Below are positions 1 through 13,861 of a DNA stretch of 64,000 bases, one piece after another (within the stretch, counting starts at the first letter, position 1; each line of letters begins with the position of its first letter). This DNA is from Escherichia coli. Lineage in GTDB: Bacteria > Pseudomonadota > Gammaproteobacteria > Enterobacterales > Enterobacteriaceae. The notes under the pieces were generated by a model, which was given only the letters and a program-made list of their open reading frames with translations, did not search any database and was not told where the DNA came from. Where the stretch lies: NCBI RefSeq assembly GCF_003334765.1, contig NZ_QOWT01000001.1; one strand, written 5' to 3'. The position numbers and the translations under genes are program-made.

Positions 1-1
1 G

Positions 2-43
2 CGTCGCGGTAAAAAGAATTACTGTCTGATTTGCTGGAAATAA
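2..43 (+). CDS. tyrS: tyrosyl-tRNA synthetase, 3' end only (partial at window edge)
   Basis: nt 2-43 translate to RRGKKNYCLICWK then TAA, matching the TyrS C-terminus as recalled; pdxY follows as in K-12. Confidence 0.7.
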   Translation, partial: RRGKKNYCLICWK

Positions 44-58
44 TGCATTAAGTGGAAA

Positions 59-90
59 GGGGGAGTGAGAAATCACTCCCCCTGGTTTTT
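59..90 (+). terminator. hairpin plus T-run between tyrS and pdxY (terminator or attenuator)
   Basis: perfect 10-bp inverted repeat gggggagtga/tcactccccc with gaaa loop, followed by tggttttt. Confidence 0.5.
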
Positions 91-101
91 ATACAGGGAA
101 C

Positions 102-965
102 ATGATGAAAAATATTCTCGCTATCCAGTCTCACGTTGTTTATGGTCATGCGGGTAACAGTGCGGCAGAGTTTCCGATGCGCCGCCTGGGCGCGAACGTC
201 TGGCCGCTGAACACCGTTCAATTTTCTAATCACACCCAATACGGCAAATGGACTGGCTGCGTGATGCCGCCCAGCCATTTAACCGAAATTGTGCAAGGCA
301 TTGCCGCCATTGATAAATTACACACCTGTGATGCCGTATTAAGTGGCTATCTGGGATCGGCGGAGCAGGGTGAACATATCCTCGGTATCGTCCGTCAGGT
401 GAAAGCCGCGAATCCGCAGGCGAAATATTTTTGCGATCCGGTAATGGGTCATCCGGAAAAAGGCTGTATCGTTGCACCGGGTGTCGCAGAGTTTCATGTG
501 CGGCACGGTTTGCCTGCCAGCGATATCATTGCGCCAAATCTGGTTGAGCTGGAAATACTCTGTGAGCATGCGGTAAATAACGTCGAAGAAGCGGTTCTGG
601 CAGCGCGCGAACTCATTGCGCAAGGGCCACAAATTGTGTTGGTTAAACACCTGGCGCGAGCTGGCTACAGCCGTGACCGTTTTGAAATGCTGCTGGTCAC
701 CGCCGATGAAGCCTGGCATATCAGCCGTCCGCTGGTGGATTTTGGTATGCGCCAGCCGGTAGGTGTTGGTGATGTGACGAGCGGTTTACTGCTGGTGAAA
801 CTGCTTCAGGGGGCAACGCTGCAGGAGGCGCTGGAACATGTGACCGCTGCAGTCTACGAAATCATGGTGACCACCAAAGCAATGCAGGAATATGAGCTGC
901 AAGTGGTGGCTGCTCAGGATCGTATTGCCAAACCAGAACATTACTTCAGCGCAACAAAGCTCTGA
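102..965 (+). CDS. pdxY: pyridoxal kinase 2
   Basis: 287-aa [22 protein letters not shown]..., PfkB-type kinase; position between tyrS and gstA. Confidence 0.93.
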   Translation: MMKNILAIQSHVVYGHAGNSAAEFPMRRLGANVWPLNTVQFSNHTQYGKWTGCVMPPSHLTEIVQGIAAIDKLHTCDAVLSGYLGSAEQGEHILGIVRQVKAANPQAKYFCDPVMGHPEKGCIVAPGVAEFHVRHGLPASDIIAPNLVELEILCEHAVNNVEEAVLAARELIAQGPQIVLVKHLARAGYSRDRFEMLLVTADEAWHISRPLVDFGMRQPVGVGDVTSGLLLVKLLQGATLQEALEHVTAAVYEIMVTTKAMQEYELQVVAAQDRIAKPEHYFSATKL

Positions 966-1008
966 AATATCTCATTTCGGCCCACAACGACCTGTGGGCC
1001 GATGGCTA

Positions 1009-1614
1009 TTACTTTAAGCCTTCCGCTGACAGCGCGTCTTGTACTTCCGGACGTTCAGCCATACGTTGCATAAATGCTGCAATGTGCTCTAACCCTTCCA
1101 GATTCAGTTTCACCGCGTATGCCCAGCGCAGAACCGTAAACAGATAGGCATCAGCAATTGTAAATCTTTGCCCGCAGATCCAGTGCTCATCCTTCAGTGC
1201 CTCGTTCACATATTGCAGCTTCTTCTCCAGCTGCGCGCGAACTGTCGGTTTGTACTCTTCCGGTGTATCAGGGCGAAACAGAGGTGTGAAACCTTTATGC
1301 AGCTCGGTGGCGATGTAATTCAGCCATTCGATGGTTTTATAGCGGGAAATACTGTTTACCGGTGCCAGCAACTGGCGGTCGGGGACGCTGTCGGCAAGAT
1401 ACTGCATAATCGCTACGCCTTCCGTCAGCAAAGTACCGTCATCCAGCAGCAATGCAGGCACCTGCCCCTTAGGGTTAACGGCAAAGTAATCGTCACCGTT
1501 TTCGAGACGTTTTTTCATTAAATCCACGCTGACGAGGGTAAAATCCTTTCCGCTCTCACGCAGGGTGATATGGGAAGCGAGAGAGCAGGCACCCGGTTTG
1601 TAGAACAATTTCAT
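1009..1614 (-). CDS. gstA: glutathione S-transferase
   Basis: 201-aa [28 protein letters not shown]...; GST fold. Confidence 0.93.
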
Positions 1615-1664
1615 CGGTAACTCCTTTTGTCTGTGGTTTAAAGTATGGTAGTGCGTTGCTGAAC

Positions 1665-1697
1665 AAAAAAAAAGCCGCTAACGAAAAGTTAGCGGCT
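1665..1697 (-). terminator. rho-independent terminator downstream of dtpA
   Basis: hairpin agccgctaac/gttagcggct followed on the minus strand by a 9-nt U-run, just after the dtpA stop. Confidence 0.6.
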
Positions 1698-1719
1698 TGT
1701 AAAAGAGTTTCCCTGAATT

Positions 1720-3222
1720 TTACGCTACGGCTGCTTTCGCCGCTTTGTCTGCAGCGTCATCCTGCGTCATGCGGTGCAGTTTCGGCGCGGTCAGCAGCAT
1801 CAGTACTGCAATAACGGCAGTAGCGACACCAATCTGCAAGAATACGCGACCATAGACTTCCAGTGACATCAGCGGATCGGTAACGTTATCCGGCACAGCC
1901 ATCATACCCGCAACATAACCACCAATCAGGTTTGCACCGGCAGTGGTCAGGAACCAGCTACCCATAATGAAGCCCATCAGACGCTGCGGAACGAGTTGAG
2001 CAACCATTGCCAGACCCAGACCAGAGATCATCAGTTCCCCGATGCTCTGCAGGCCATAGCTTGCGACCAGCCAGCTTACAGACACGATACCAGCGTCAGA
2101 CGCGAATTTCGCACCCAGCGGCAGAATCAGGAACGCACCAGAACACATCACCATGCCGATTGCAAACTTGGTTGGCATCGGCAGGGTATCGCCCATCTTG
2201 TTATAGATAGCGGCCAGAATCGGACTACCGATGATGATCCAGAACGGGTTCAGTGCCTGATACTGCTCAGGTTCTACGGCCAGACCCAGAATGGAGTGCT
2301 CAACGTTACGAATCGCAAAGAAGTTCAGTGACGTTGGCATCTGGCTGTACAGCACGAAGAAGATAATGGCTTCGAGCATCAGGATGAAGGCAACGATCAT
2401 TTTACGACGCGCAGCACCTTTCATCGCGAAGGCTTCTTTACCGAAGATAACCACGATACCGAAGGCAACAACGCCCAGCGCCATACGCGCAACTTCCTGA
2501 TTGTGCAGCAGCCAGGTGGCGATAGCGATCAGTGCCACAACACCAATAATGGTCAGCAGCAGGTTACGGTAGTTGATAGGCTCGAAGTCTGGTTTTGAAC
2601 CGTACTGTTTAACCCAGCGTTGGCAGAAGGCGAAGTTAACGATAGTGATCAGCAGGCCTACAACGCTCAACGCAAACGCAACACTCCAGCCGTATTTCGC
2701 GGCCAGCCACGGCGTAGCAATCATAGAGAAGAAAGAGCCGATGTTGACGGACATGTAGTACATGGTGAATGCACCGTCCAGACGCGGGTCGTTTTTCTCA
2801 TAGCATGTAGAAAGCAGAGAAGACGGGTTAGCTTTAAACAGGCCGTTACCGACCGCAATAGCCGCCATACCCATATAAACGATACCGGCGTCGTGACCAG
2901 ACCAGGCAACCAGAGCATAACCAATCGCCAGCACAATAGCGCCGAGCATAATTACGCGTTTAGTACCCAGTACCTTGTCACCTAACCAGCCGCCGATAGC
3001 GACCAGACCATAAACCAGGGCACTAAAGGAAGAGAAAAGGGTGATTGAATCCGCTTCAGACATACCCAGTTGTTTAACCAGGTAAACAGCCATAATTCCT
3101 TGTAGGCCGTAATAACCAAAACGTTCCCATAACTCAATCGAGAAGATGAGATAGAACGCCTTCGGTTGTTTGAAAGCGTTCAAACTGACGCTTTCAGTTG
3201 GTTTTTGGTTTGCAGTGGACAC
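1720..3222 (-). CDS. dtpA: proton-dependent di/tripeptide permease (POT family)
   Basis: 500-aa [30 protein letters not shown]..., multi-TM POT transporter. Confidence 0.93.
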   Translation of the reverse strand: MSTANQKPTESVSLNAFKQPKAFYLIFSIELWERFGYYGLQGIMAVYLVKQLGMSEADSITLFSSFSALVYGLVAIGGWLGDKVLGTKRVIMLGAIVLAIGYALVAWSGHDAGIVYMGMAAIAVGNGLFKANPSSLLSTCYEKNDPRLDGAFTMYYMSVNIGSFFSMIATPWLAAKYGWSVAFALSVVGLLITIVNFAFCQRWVKQYGSKPDFEPINYRNLLLTIIGVVALIAIATWLLHNQEVARMALGVVAFGIVVIFGKEAFAMKGAARRKMIVAFILMLEAIIFFVLYSQMPTSLNFFAIRNVEHSILGLAVEPEQYQALNPFWIIIGSPILAAIYNKMGDTLPMPTKFAIGMVMCSGAFLILPLGAKFASDAGIVSVSWLVASYGLQSIGELMISGLGLAMVAQLVPQRLMGFIMGSWFLTTAGANLIGGYVAGMMAVPDNVTDPLMSLEVYGRVFLQIGVATAVIAVLMLLTAPKLHRMTQDDAADKAAKAAVA

Positions 3223-3806
3223 TTTTACCTCTTTTTTTACATCCCATATTAACGGGGGTGCTTTCTCGCGTTATGTATAAAAAACATACGCGCAATTGTT
3301 ATAGTGGGAGGGGAAACGGCAGGTAATGTTCACTATCTTGCACTTTCAGACAAGTCCTTTGTAATAATCTGTTACATATAACTGAGGCGGGGAATTCAAC
3401 CATTCCGGGAAATGTTATCCAGCGTTAAATTTTTCAAAAAACGTAACGGCAGATTTTTTCACTGCACTGAGAGGGGGGTGATGGCTTAACGGCGATATGT
3501 TCTGCTATTTAGCGTTTTTACTAGTGAGATAGTCCAGTTTCTGAAAAATAGCCAGTGTAATGTTTTGTAGGTCAATATTTGTTGCGTGTGTAAATTTAAA
3601 TGATTTTAACCTGATTCTTGCAATGTTTTTACATTGCGACAGCATCGTGATCTTGATCACGAATGAATAGAAAATTTCGCTATTAAAAAAACAATTAACC
3701 TGCATTTTTGGTTATCCGCAAACGGATTACCTGATGATAACGCTAAGCAATGGCATCATTGACGTTAAAAAGATGTTTTAAAAGAGGATAAAGAAAGGTT
3801 ATCAAT

Positions 3807-3834
3807 GGGGTAATCGGTGTTACCCCTTTTCTTC
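3807..3834 (+). terminator. hairpin plus T-run abutting the nth stop (bidirectional terminator candidate)
   Basis: ggggtaa/ttacccc stem with tcggtg loop followed by ttttcttc on the plus strand; overlaps the nth stop codon. Confidence 0.4.
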
Positions 3835-4468
3835 AGATGTCAACTTTCTCTTTGTATTCACAAAGATCTTCAATAATACAAGAGCCACAGCGGGGCTTGC
3901 GGGCAATGCAGGTATAACGCCCGTGCAGGATCAACCAATGGTGGCAGTCGACTTTAAACTCTGCTGGAACCACTTTCAGTAGCTTTTCTTCTACCTGTTC
4001 GACGTTTTTCCCCGGCGCAAATTGAGTACGATTACAAACGCGGAAAATGTGCGTGTCGACAGCAATAGTCGGCCAGCCGAATGCAGTGTTTAATACGACG
4101 TTGGCTGTTTTACGACCTACGCCGGGCAGGGCTTCAAGCGCAGCACGATCTTCCGGAACCTCGCCATTATGCTGCTCCAGCAAGATACGGCAGGTTTTGA
4201 TGATATTTTCTGCTTTGCTGTTATAAAGCCCAATCGTTTTGATATAGGTTTTCACCCCTTCAACGCCCAGTTCAAGCATCGCTGCAGGCGTATTCGCCAC
4301 CGGGTAGAGTTTCGCCGTCGCCTTATTAACACTGACATCGGTCGCCTGAGCGGAAAGCAGTACGGCAATCAGCAATTCAAAAGGCGAACTGAAATTAAGC
4401 TCGGTGGTGGGATGAGGATTGTTCTCACGCAGGCGAGTGAGGATCTCCAGGCGTTTTGCTTTATTCAT
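3833..4468 (-). CDS. nth: endonuclease III
   Basis: 211-aa [27 protein letters not shown]..., C-terminal 4Fe-4S Cys cluster; last gene of rsx-nth cluster. Confidence 0.93.
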   Translation of the reverse strand: MNKAKRLEILTRLRENNPHPTTELNFSSPFELLIAVLLSAQATDVSVNKATAKLYPVANTPAAMLELGVEGVKTYIKTIGLYNSKAENIIKTCRILLEQHNGEVPEDRAALEALPGVGRKTANVVLNTAFGWPTIAVDTHIFRVCNRTQFAPGKNVEQVEEKLLKVVPAEFKVDCHHWLILHGRYTCIARKPRCGSCIIEDLCEYKEKVDI

Positions 4469-5163
4469 CAGACATTCCCTGTTTCACCGTTTGGCAATGC
4501 ACGTTCTGCAGCTGCTTCAGCACGGCGCTTTTTCATTCTTTCATCAATCAGGTATTTTCCTGCCAGCATCAGTCCCAGGCCAATAAATGCACCTGGTGGC
4601 AGCATCGCCAGCAGGAAAGGGGAGTCGGTGTGGAAAATCTCCACGCGTAATACTTTTGCCCAGCTACCTAACAGCGCATCTGCACCGTCAAACAATGTGC
4701 CATTGCCGATAATTTCGCGTAGTGAACCCAGCACGAACATGGCGCAGGTTGCGCCCATACCAATTGAAAAGCCGTCCAGTGCCGAAAGCGCCGGACCTTT
4801 TTTGGCGGCGAAGGCTTCAGCGCGGCCCACAACGATACAGTTAGTGACAATCAGCGGAATAAAAATCCCTAATGATTGATACAGGCCAAAGGCGTAGGCG
4901 TTGATCAGCATCTGTACAGCGCTGACCACCGAGGCGATGATCATCACGTAAATGGGAATGCGGATCTCGGCTGGCGTCCAGTGACGCAGCGTCGAAATGG
5001 TCAGGTTGGTCAGCGTCAGTACCAGCGTAGTCGCAAGTCCTAAACCCAGAGCGTTAGTGGCAGTGGACGTGACCGCCAACAGAGGACAAAGGCCGAGCAA
5101 CTGGACCAGCGCAGAGTTGTTTTTCCACAACCCCTGAACAATAACGTCTTTAATTTCGCTCAC
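4468..5163 (-). CDS. rsxE: Rsx/Rnf electron transport complex subunit E
   Basis: 231-aa membrane ORF; rsxABCDGE order. Confidence 0.9.
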   Translation of the reverse strand: MSEIKDVIVQGLWKNNSALVQLLGLCPLLAVTSTATNALGLGLATTLVLTLTNLTISTLRHWTPAEIRIPIYVMIIASVVSAVQMLINAYAFGLYQSLGIFIPLIVTNCIVVGRAEAFAAKKGPALSALDGFSIGMGATCAMFVLGSLREIIGNGTLFDGADALLGSWAKVLRVEIFHTDSPFLLAMLPPGAFIGLGLMLAGKYLIDERMKKRRAEAAAERALPNGETGNV

Positions 5164-5166
5164 GCT

Positions 5167-5787
5167 TTATTCTCCACAGGCAGGAAGTTGAGAAAGTTGT
5201 GCCGGTAACGTCTGAGCGTACAATCCGGCGCGTTTTACCGCATTAACCACCGCGCGGGGAGTAATCGTCGCGCCGGTGAACTGGTCGAAATCACCACCAT
5301 CTTTCTTCACCGCCCAGTGCGCATCATCTGCACCACTGATTTTTTTACCCGCAAAATGGGTGATCCAGTCAGAAAGGCGCAGTTCGATTTTATCGCCAAG
5401 CCCTGGCGTTTCGTGGTGCTCTGTCACGCGCGTGCCAAGTACCGTGCCGTTAAAATCGGCTCCCACCAGCAGCTGAATCGCACCGGAATAGCCATCTGGC
5501 GCGGTTGCTTCCAGAACGGCGGCTACCGGTTTGTCATCCTGTTTGGCGATGTAAACCCGATGCTCACCTTTACCTAACTCTGGCGCAGTTACCAGATAGC
5601 AACTCTGTGCCAGCGCATTGTTATAGCGTTCGGCTGGCAGCACCTGATCAAATAACGCCTTTTGTTGCAGACTGGCCTGTTCAGCAATCGTCGTTTTGGT
5701 CATCTGGTTGATGGCCGCAGTTAACCCTGTTGAACCCGCTGCAAATAGCGCCAACGTAATGCCGTGTTTTCGGATAGTTTTCAGCAT
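5167..5787 (-). CDS. rsxG: Rsx/Rnf electron transport complex subunit G
   Basis: 206-aa ORF, position in rsx cluster. Confidence 0.9.
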   Translation of the reverse strand: MLKTIRKHGITLALFAAGSTGLTAAINQMTKTTIAEQASLQQKALFDQVLPAERYNNALAQSCYLVTAPELGKGEHRVYIAKQDDKPVAAVLEATAPDGYSGAIQLLVGADFNGTVLGTRVTEHHETPGLGDKIELRLSDWITHFAGKKISGADDAHWAVKKDGGDFDQFTGATITPRAVVNAVKRAGLYAQTLPAQLSQLPACGE

Positions 5788-5790
5788 GGT

Positions 5791-6849
5791 TTACCCTTTG
5801 CGATGGCCGTAGACGCGCGGACGCGTGTAGTAATCGATCAGAGGAACCGTGATGTTCGCCAGCAGGACGGCAAAAGCCACGCCGTCAGGATAGCCGCCGA
5901 AACTGCGGATCAACCAGACTAATAAGCCCGCAAGCGCGCCGAAAATAAGACGACCACGATTGGTCGTAGAAGCGGTAACCGGGTCAGTCAAAATAAAGAA
6001 TGCGCCGAGCATGGTCGCTCCAGACAGCAGATGAATTTGCGGTGCTGCCAGTGTTTCTGGTGAGAACAACCAGCCCAACATTGCGCATAACGCCAGCGTT
6101 ACTAAGAAGCTGAGGGGAATATGCCAGCGAATCGCTTTCTGCCATAGCAACCATACGCCGCCAGCCAGCCAGGCGAGATTTACCCATTGCCAACCAGCGC
6201 CCGCCAGAATACCGCTGTAGATCGGATATTGCATAATCTGTTCAACCGAATGACCGGCACGGACAGAGGTTTTAAATGTATCCAGCGGTGTCGCCTGACT
6301 AATGCCATCAATACCTAAGCGTAGTGTGTTCATATCACCACCACTGGCGGTATGACCGCTAAAAATAACCTGGATGGCGTCGATAAAACCAGGGATGTTG
6401 ACCGCAATTTCATGTGGCGGTAACCAGCTGGTCATCTGCACGGGGAAGGAGATCAGTAAGACCACATAACCAATCATTGCCGGATTAAACGGGTTTTGTC
6501 CCAGACCGCCATACAACTGTTTAGCGATGATCACCGCAAACACCGTACCCAGCACGACCATCCACCATGGCGCGAGGGGGGGAATACTTACCGCCAGCAA
6601 TAAGCCTGTCAGCAATGCTGAGTTATCTTTCAACGTTGCGGCTACCGACTGCTTGCGTAGTTTGAGTACGAGAGCTTCGGCTAACAGAGCACTAACCGAT
6701 GCCAACAGGATCTGAACGAGAGTACCCCAACCAAAAAACCACAGTTGCGCTGCGATTCCTGGCACGGCTGCGAGCAACACCAACAGCATAATGCGCGATG
6801 TCTGGCGCTGGTTATGGGTATAAGGGGAGCTAGCTATTCTGAATACCAT
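5791..6849 (-). CDS. rsxD: Rsx/Rnf electron transport complex subunit D
   Basis: 352-aa polytopic membrane ORF, position in rsx cluster. Confidence 0.9.
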   Translation of the reverse strand: MVFRIASSPYTHNQRQTSRIMLLVLLAAVPGIAAQLWFFGWGTLVQILLASVSALLAEALVLKLRKQSVAATLKDNSALLTGLLLAVSIPPLAPWWMVVLGTVFAVIIAKQLYGGLGQNPFNPAMIGYVVLLISFPVQMTSWLPPHEIAVNIPGFIDAIQVIFSGHTASGGDMNTLRLGIDGISQATPLDTFKTSVRAGHSVEQIMQYPIYSGILAGAGWQWVNLAWLAGGVWLLWQKAIRWHIPLSFLVTLALCAMLGWLFSPETLAAPQIHLLSGATMLGAFFILTDPVTASTTNRGRLIFGALAGLLVWLIRSFGGYPDGVAFAVLLANITVPLIDYYTRPRVYGHRKG

Positions 6850-9642
<2,793 letters not shown>

Positions 9643-9643
<1 letters not shown>

Positions 9644-10224
9644 TACAACTTCACCAAACCACTAAAGCCCATAAAGGCCAGAGACATAAGACCTGCGGTA
9701 ATTAACGCAATGGCATTACCGCGAAAAGGTGCCGGGACATCAGCCACAGCAAGGCGTTCGCGGATGGCGGCGAAGAGCACCATCACCAGCGAGAAACCGA
9801 CAGCGGCGGAAAAACCGTACAGCGCCGACTGCAAGAAATTGTGCCCGAGATTGATATTCAGCAACGCCACGCCGAGCACTGCACAGTTGGTGGTGATAAG
9901 CGGCAAAAAAATCCCCAGCAGACGGTAAAGCACCGGGCTGGTTTTGCGCACCACCATCTCGGTGAACTGCACGACCACAGCAATCACCAGAATAAATGCC
10001 AGGGTGCGCAGGTAAATCAGATTAAGTGGGATCAAAATCCACGTATCGATAAGCCAGGCGCAAATAGACGCCAGCGTCATCACAAACGTTGTTGCCAGCC
10101 CCATGCCCATCGCGGTTTCCAGTTTTTTGGAAACCCCCATAAACGGACAGAGACCGAGAAACTTGACCAGTACAAAGTTATTGACCAGTACAGTTCCGAC
10201 AAACAGTAACAGGTAGTCAGTCAT
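9643..10224 (-). CDS. rsxA: Rsx/Rnf electron transport complex subunit A
   Basis: 193-aa hydrophobic ORF, first gene of rsx cluster. Confidence 0.9.
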
Positions 10225-10300
10225 TTTTCGGCCTGAAATAAAAAAGCCGCCTATTATCCGTTAATCCAGAGCAGGCGACAACAGGTTAACTGTAAGGTTA

Positions 10301-10741
10301 TTACGGATTCACAAACGTCGCTTTTACCCGCGACGAGCGTTTGAAATAGGGGACGATCAATGCGGTTGCCAACAAAGTAAACAGCAACTGGCGAACGGCT
10401 ATGCCATCTTCCACGGGTGAAAAAGCGAATGCTTTTACTGCCAGCAATACGGAAATAAGCAGCCAGATAATATAGTGTTTAGGAACACAACGCCGACGTT
10501 TAAAGAAAGCGATGGTCAACCACAGTGTGTAATACCACAAGGCGATAGCGGTAATAAAAGAAACGCCCCATAAGATTTGTGTCGTCAGTGCTTGTCCGCC
10601 GAGCGTTTGAAATGTTTGCGGAGAAGATAACGCAGCGGTATACAGCAACAACGCCAGCGTCGTACTCAACAGAGCGACTAAAAGCCAGGCCAACGGGCCA
10701 AGCAACCAGCCTCCAATACGTTGTGGCGTTGTGGTGGTCAT
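10301..10741 (-). CDS. ydgK: inner membrane protein YdgK
   Basis: ORF-track ORF of 154 aa; start placed at internal Met (MTTTTPQRIGGWLLGPLAW...) to give 146 aa. Confidence 0.8.
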   Translation of the reverse strand: MTTTTPQRIGGWLLGPLAWLLVALLSTTLALLLYTAALSSPQTFQTLGGQALTTQILWGVSFITAIALWYYTLWLTIAFFKRRRCVPKHYIIWLLISVLLAVKAFAFSPVEDGIAVRQLLFTLLATALIVPYFKRSSRVKATFVNP

Positions 10742-10826
10742 AGGTTCTCCAGAATAGCGACGCAAACAGGCAAATCTAATTTTAGGGGCGTTATTATAAG
10801 GCTTTTATAACCGATCGCTACTTTCT

Positions 10827-11042
10827 TTATTGGACATAGTGCCAGACGGACTTCGGTACCTGGCCGAGGTCAAACAAACGCCCGCCAGAAACCAGCTCTG
10901 CGCGACGGTGATCGGCAGCACGATACATATTGATCAGTTCCTGATCGTCCGTCAGGGTGTAATTAAGATGGTCGTAGAGTTTTTCCAGACTTTCGAGTGA
11001 ACTGATTTTGCGAAATTTTAATAAGTAGTCCTGAACAGTCAT
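10827..11042 (-). CDS. cnu: Hha-family regulator Cnu (YdgT)
   Basis: 71-aa [53 protein letters not shown], Hha/YmoA family. Confidence 0.9.
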
Positions 11043-11314
11043 AAAAGGTCCATAAAATAATTAATACCAAAGGGGTAGGTATTATTAGTGATGATAAAAT
11101 TTCACCAAAAGTGAACGCTTGTGTTATTACAATAATAAGAATGCGCTGATGGCAAATATTCAGGGATGAAAAACTGCTCTGAAAAGAGTAACGCGCTTTA
11201 CTATCCCTGACAATCACCAACAACATCGAACAAGATAATAAATTCCTGGTTTAATATCCGACAAGTGAAAACATGCACCCGGACGGGCAGCATGTCGCTC
11301 CACAAGTGCAGAGC

Positions 11315-11440
11315 TTACTTGTGTTGTACCGAAGCACTCTGTTCAGGTGGCTGATAGTTGTCAATGTGACTCGCCACGCCAAGAAGAATGACTGAAACGA
11401 CAAGAACGATCCAACCTGTTAATTCAATAAGACGATTCAT
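11315..11440 (-). CDS. blr: small membrane protein Blr (41 aa)
   Basis: internal Met of the 66-aa ORF gives MNRLIELTGWIVLVVSVILLGVASHIDNYQPPEQSASVQHK, single TM helix; position between cnu and ydgJ. Confidence 0.7.
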   Translation of the reverse strand: MNRLIELTGWIVLVVSVILLGVASHIDNYQPPEQSASVQHK

Positions 11441-11682
11441 TACAGCCCACATCTCTCTTGATTGATCCATTAACTTCAGGGGGTAAATGTTACTTAGCAA
11501 TAATAGCTCCAGCAAGATTTTTACTGAGGTTTTTGCGATATTTAGCTTTTGTCGTTGGAAAATTCGCTATTTTTTTGACTTAAGTTAAACAACATCCCTT
11601 ATTGCTGGCAGGTTATTAAACTGTTGAGCGTGGGTAAAGGATAGTGTCAAATAGCCATCATACTTCAATGAGAGGCAATGAC

Positions 11683-12723
11683 ATGAGCGACAACATCCGT
11701 GTTGGGTTGATTGGGTATGGTTATGCGAGCAAAACCTTCCATGCGCCCCTGATTGCGGGCACGCCCGGGCTGGAACTGGCGGTAATCTCCAGCAGTGATG
11801 AAACAAAAGTAAAAGCCGACTGGCCAACGGTTACGGTTGTCTCTGAGCCGAAGCATCTGTTTAACGATCCCAACATAGACCTGATTGTCATTCCTACACC
11901 CAACGATACCCATTTACCGTTAGCCAAAGCGGCGCTTGAGGCGGGTAAACATGTGGTCGTTGATAAACCCTTTACCGTGACACTGTCACAAGCGCGAGAG
12001 CTGGATGCGCTGGCAAAAAGCCTGGGGCGTGTGCTGTCTGTATTCCATAACCGTCGCTGGGATAGCGATTTCTTGACGCTAAAAGGTTTACTCGCGGAAG
12101 GCGTGCTGGGTGAAGTTGCTTACTTTGAGTCTCATTTTGACCGCTTCCGTCCGCAGGTGCGCGATCGTTGGCGTGAACAGGGCGGCCCAGGCAGCGGTAT
12201 CTGGTACGATTTAGCACCACATCTTCTTGATCAGGCCATTACGCTTTTTGGTTTACCGGTCAGCATGACGGTAGATTTGGCACAGTTACGGCCCGGAGCG
12301 CAGTCGACCGATTATTTCCACGCCATCTTGTCCTATCCACAGCGGCGAGTCATTTTACACGGTACCATGCTGGCAGCCGCTGAGTCAGCACGGTATATCG
12401 TGCATGGATCCCGAGGCAGTTATGTGAAATATGGCCTCGATCCACAGGAAGAACGTCTGAAAAATGGCGAGCGTCTACCGCAGGAAGACTGGGGCTACGA
12501 TATGCGTGATGGCGTACTTACCCGCGTGGAAGGTGAGGAACGTGTCGAAGAAACGCTGTTGACGGTGCCTGGGAATTATCCGGCTTACTATGCGGCTATT
12601 CGTGATGCGTTAAATGGCGATGGTGAAAATCCGGTTCCGGCAAGCCAGGCAATCCAGGTAATGGAGTTGATTGAGCTGGGCATCGAATCCGCCAAACATC
12701 GCGCGACTTTGTGCCTTGCATGA
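11683..12723 (+). CDS. ydgJ: Gfo/Idh/MocA-family oxidoreductase
   Basis: start placed at MSDNIRVGLIGYGYASKTFHAPLI (Rossmann GxGxxG) within the 359-aa ORF, giving 346 aa. Confidence 0.88.
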   Translation: MSDNIRVGLIGYGYASKTFHAPLIAGTPGLELAVISSSDETKVKADWPTVTVVSEPKHLFNDPNIDLIVIPTPNDTHLPLAKAALEAGKHVVVDKPFTVTLSQARELDALAKSLGRVLSVFHNRRWDSDFLTLKGLLAEGVLGEVAYFESHFDRFRPQVRDRWREQGGPGSGIWYDLAPHLLDQAITLFGLPVSMTVDLAQLRPGAQSTDYFHAILSYPQRRVILHGTMLAAAESARYIVHGSRGSYVKYGLDPQEERLKNGERLPQEDWGYDMRDGVLTRVEGEERVEETLLTVPGNYPAYYAAIRDALNGDGENPVPASQAIQVMELIELGIESAKHRATLCLA

Positions 12724-12756
12724 AAAATGGATGGTGCATTTGCACCATCCATTTTG

Positions 12757-13758
12757 TTACTTCGCGGCGACTTTTTCTCGCAGTGCGCGTTTTTCCTCAG
12801 CGCTGAGGAAAGCCATTTCCAGACCATTAATCTGTGCCTGGCGGATTTGCTCGCGGGATAACCCAGCAGCTGGCGCGGCAACGGTATATTCGTGAATGAT
12901 ATCCACTCCCTGTACGCCGGGATCGTCAGTGTTAATGCTGGCACGAATGCCATGCTCAAGGAACGTTTTCAGCGGATGTGCAGCCAGCTCTGCTACGGTG
13001 CTGGTCTGAATATTGGAGGTCAGACAGGATTCAATACCAATTTGTTGCTCGGCGAGAAAATCCATCAGCGCCCGATCTTCAATGGCTTTTACGCCATGTC
13101 CAATACGCTCCGCACCCAGTTCACGAATCGCCTGCCAGATGCTTTCCGGCCCGGCAGCTTCGCCTGCATGGACGGTAATATGCCAGCCCGCATCACGCGC
13201 GCGGTTGAAGTGAGAAAGGAACAGACTTCCCGGGAAACCAAGTTCATCACCGGCTAAATCAAGTGCGGTAATCTGGTCACGGTGGGCTAAAAAGGCCTCC
13301 AGCTCTTGCTGACAGGCGGCTTCGCCGAAGGTCCGGCTCATAATGCCGATAAGCTTCGCCTGCACACCAAAGGTGCGGCAACCTTCACGTACGCCATCGA
13401 TCACCGCTTCGACAACACCCGCTACAGGCAGCTGATGTGCCATTGCCATGTAGCCTGGTGAAAAACGCAGCTCGACATAGTGCAGGCCGTGACGGGCTGC
13501 ATCTTCAATGTTTTCAAATGCCACGCGGCGACAGGCATCAAGAGAGGCGAGAACTTTAACGCCCCAGTCAAGTTTGGTCAGAAAGCTCACCAGATCGGGT
13601 TCGTTGGCAATGACCTGAACGTGGGGAATCAGTGTTTCCAGGGATTGTGCAGGAAGCGAGATATTATACTGGCGGCCAAGTTCAAGAATGGTCTGGGGAC
13701 GAATGTTGCCATCAAGGTGGCGATGGATATCAGTTAATGGCAGGGTGGTATCAATCAT
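12757..13758 (-). CDS. add: adenosine deaminase
   Basis: 333-aa [31 protein letters not shown]..., metal-dependent hydrolase motifs. Confidence 0.93.
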
Positions 13759-13861
13759 GGTCGCACTCTTTTTCTGGATATAAAAGTGCGCACCATTATA
13801 AAAACAAAGCAGGGTAAAAATCCACGATTGCGCAACGATTTTTTACGTTGCGCAATTGGGG

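Noticed and set aside
3505-3705. 66-aa minus-strand ORF in the dtpA-nth intergenic region
   Set aside because: AT-rich low-complexity translation (MQVNCFFNSEIFYSFVIKI...) with no RBS; more likely promoter DNA.
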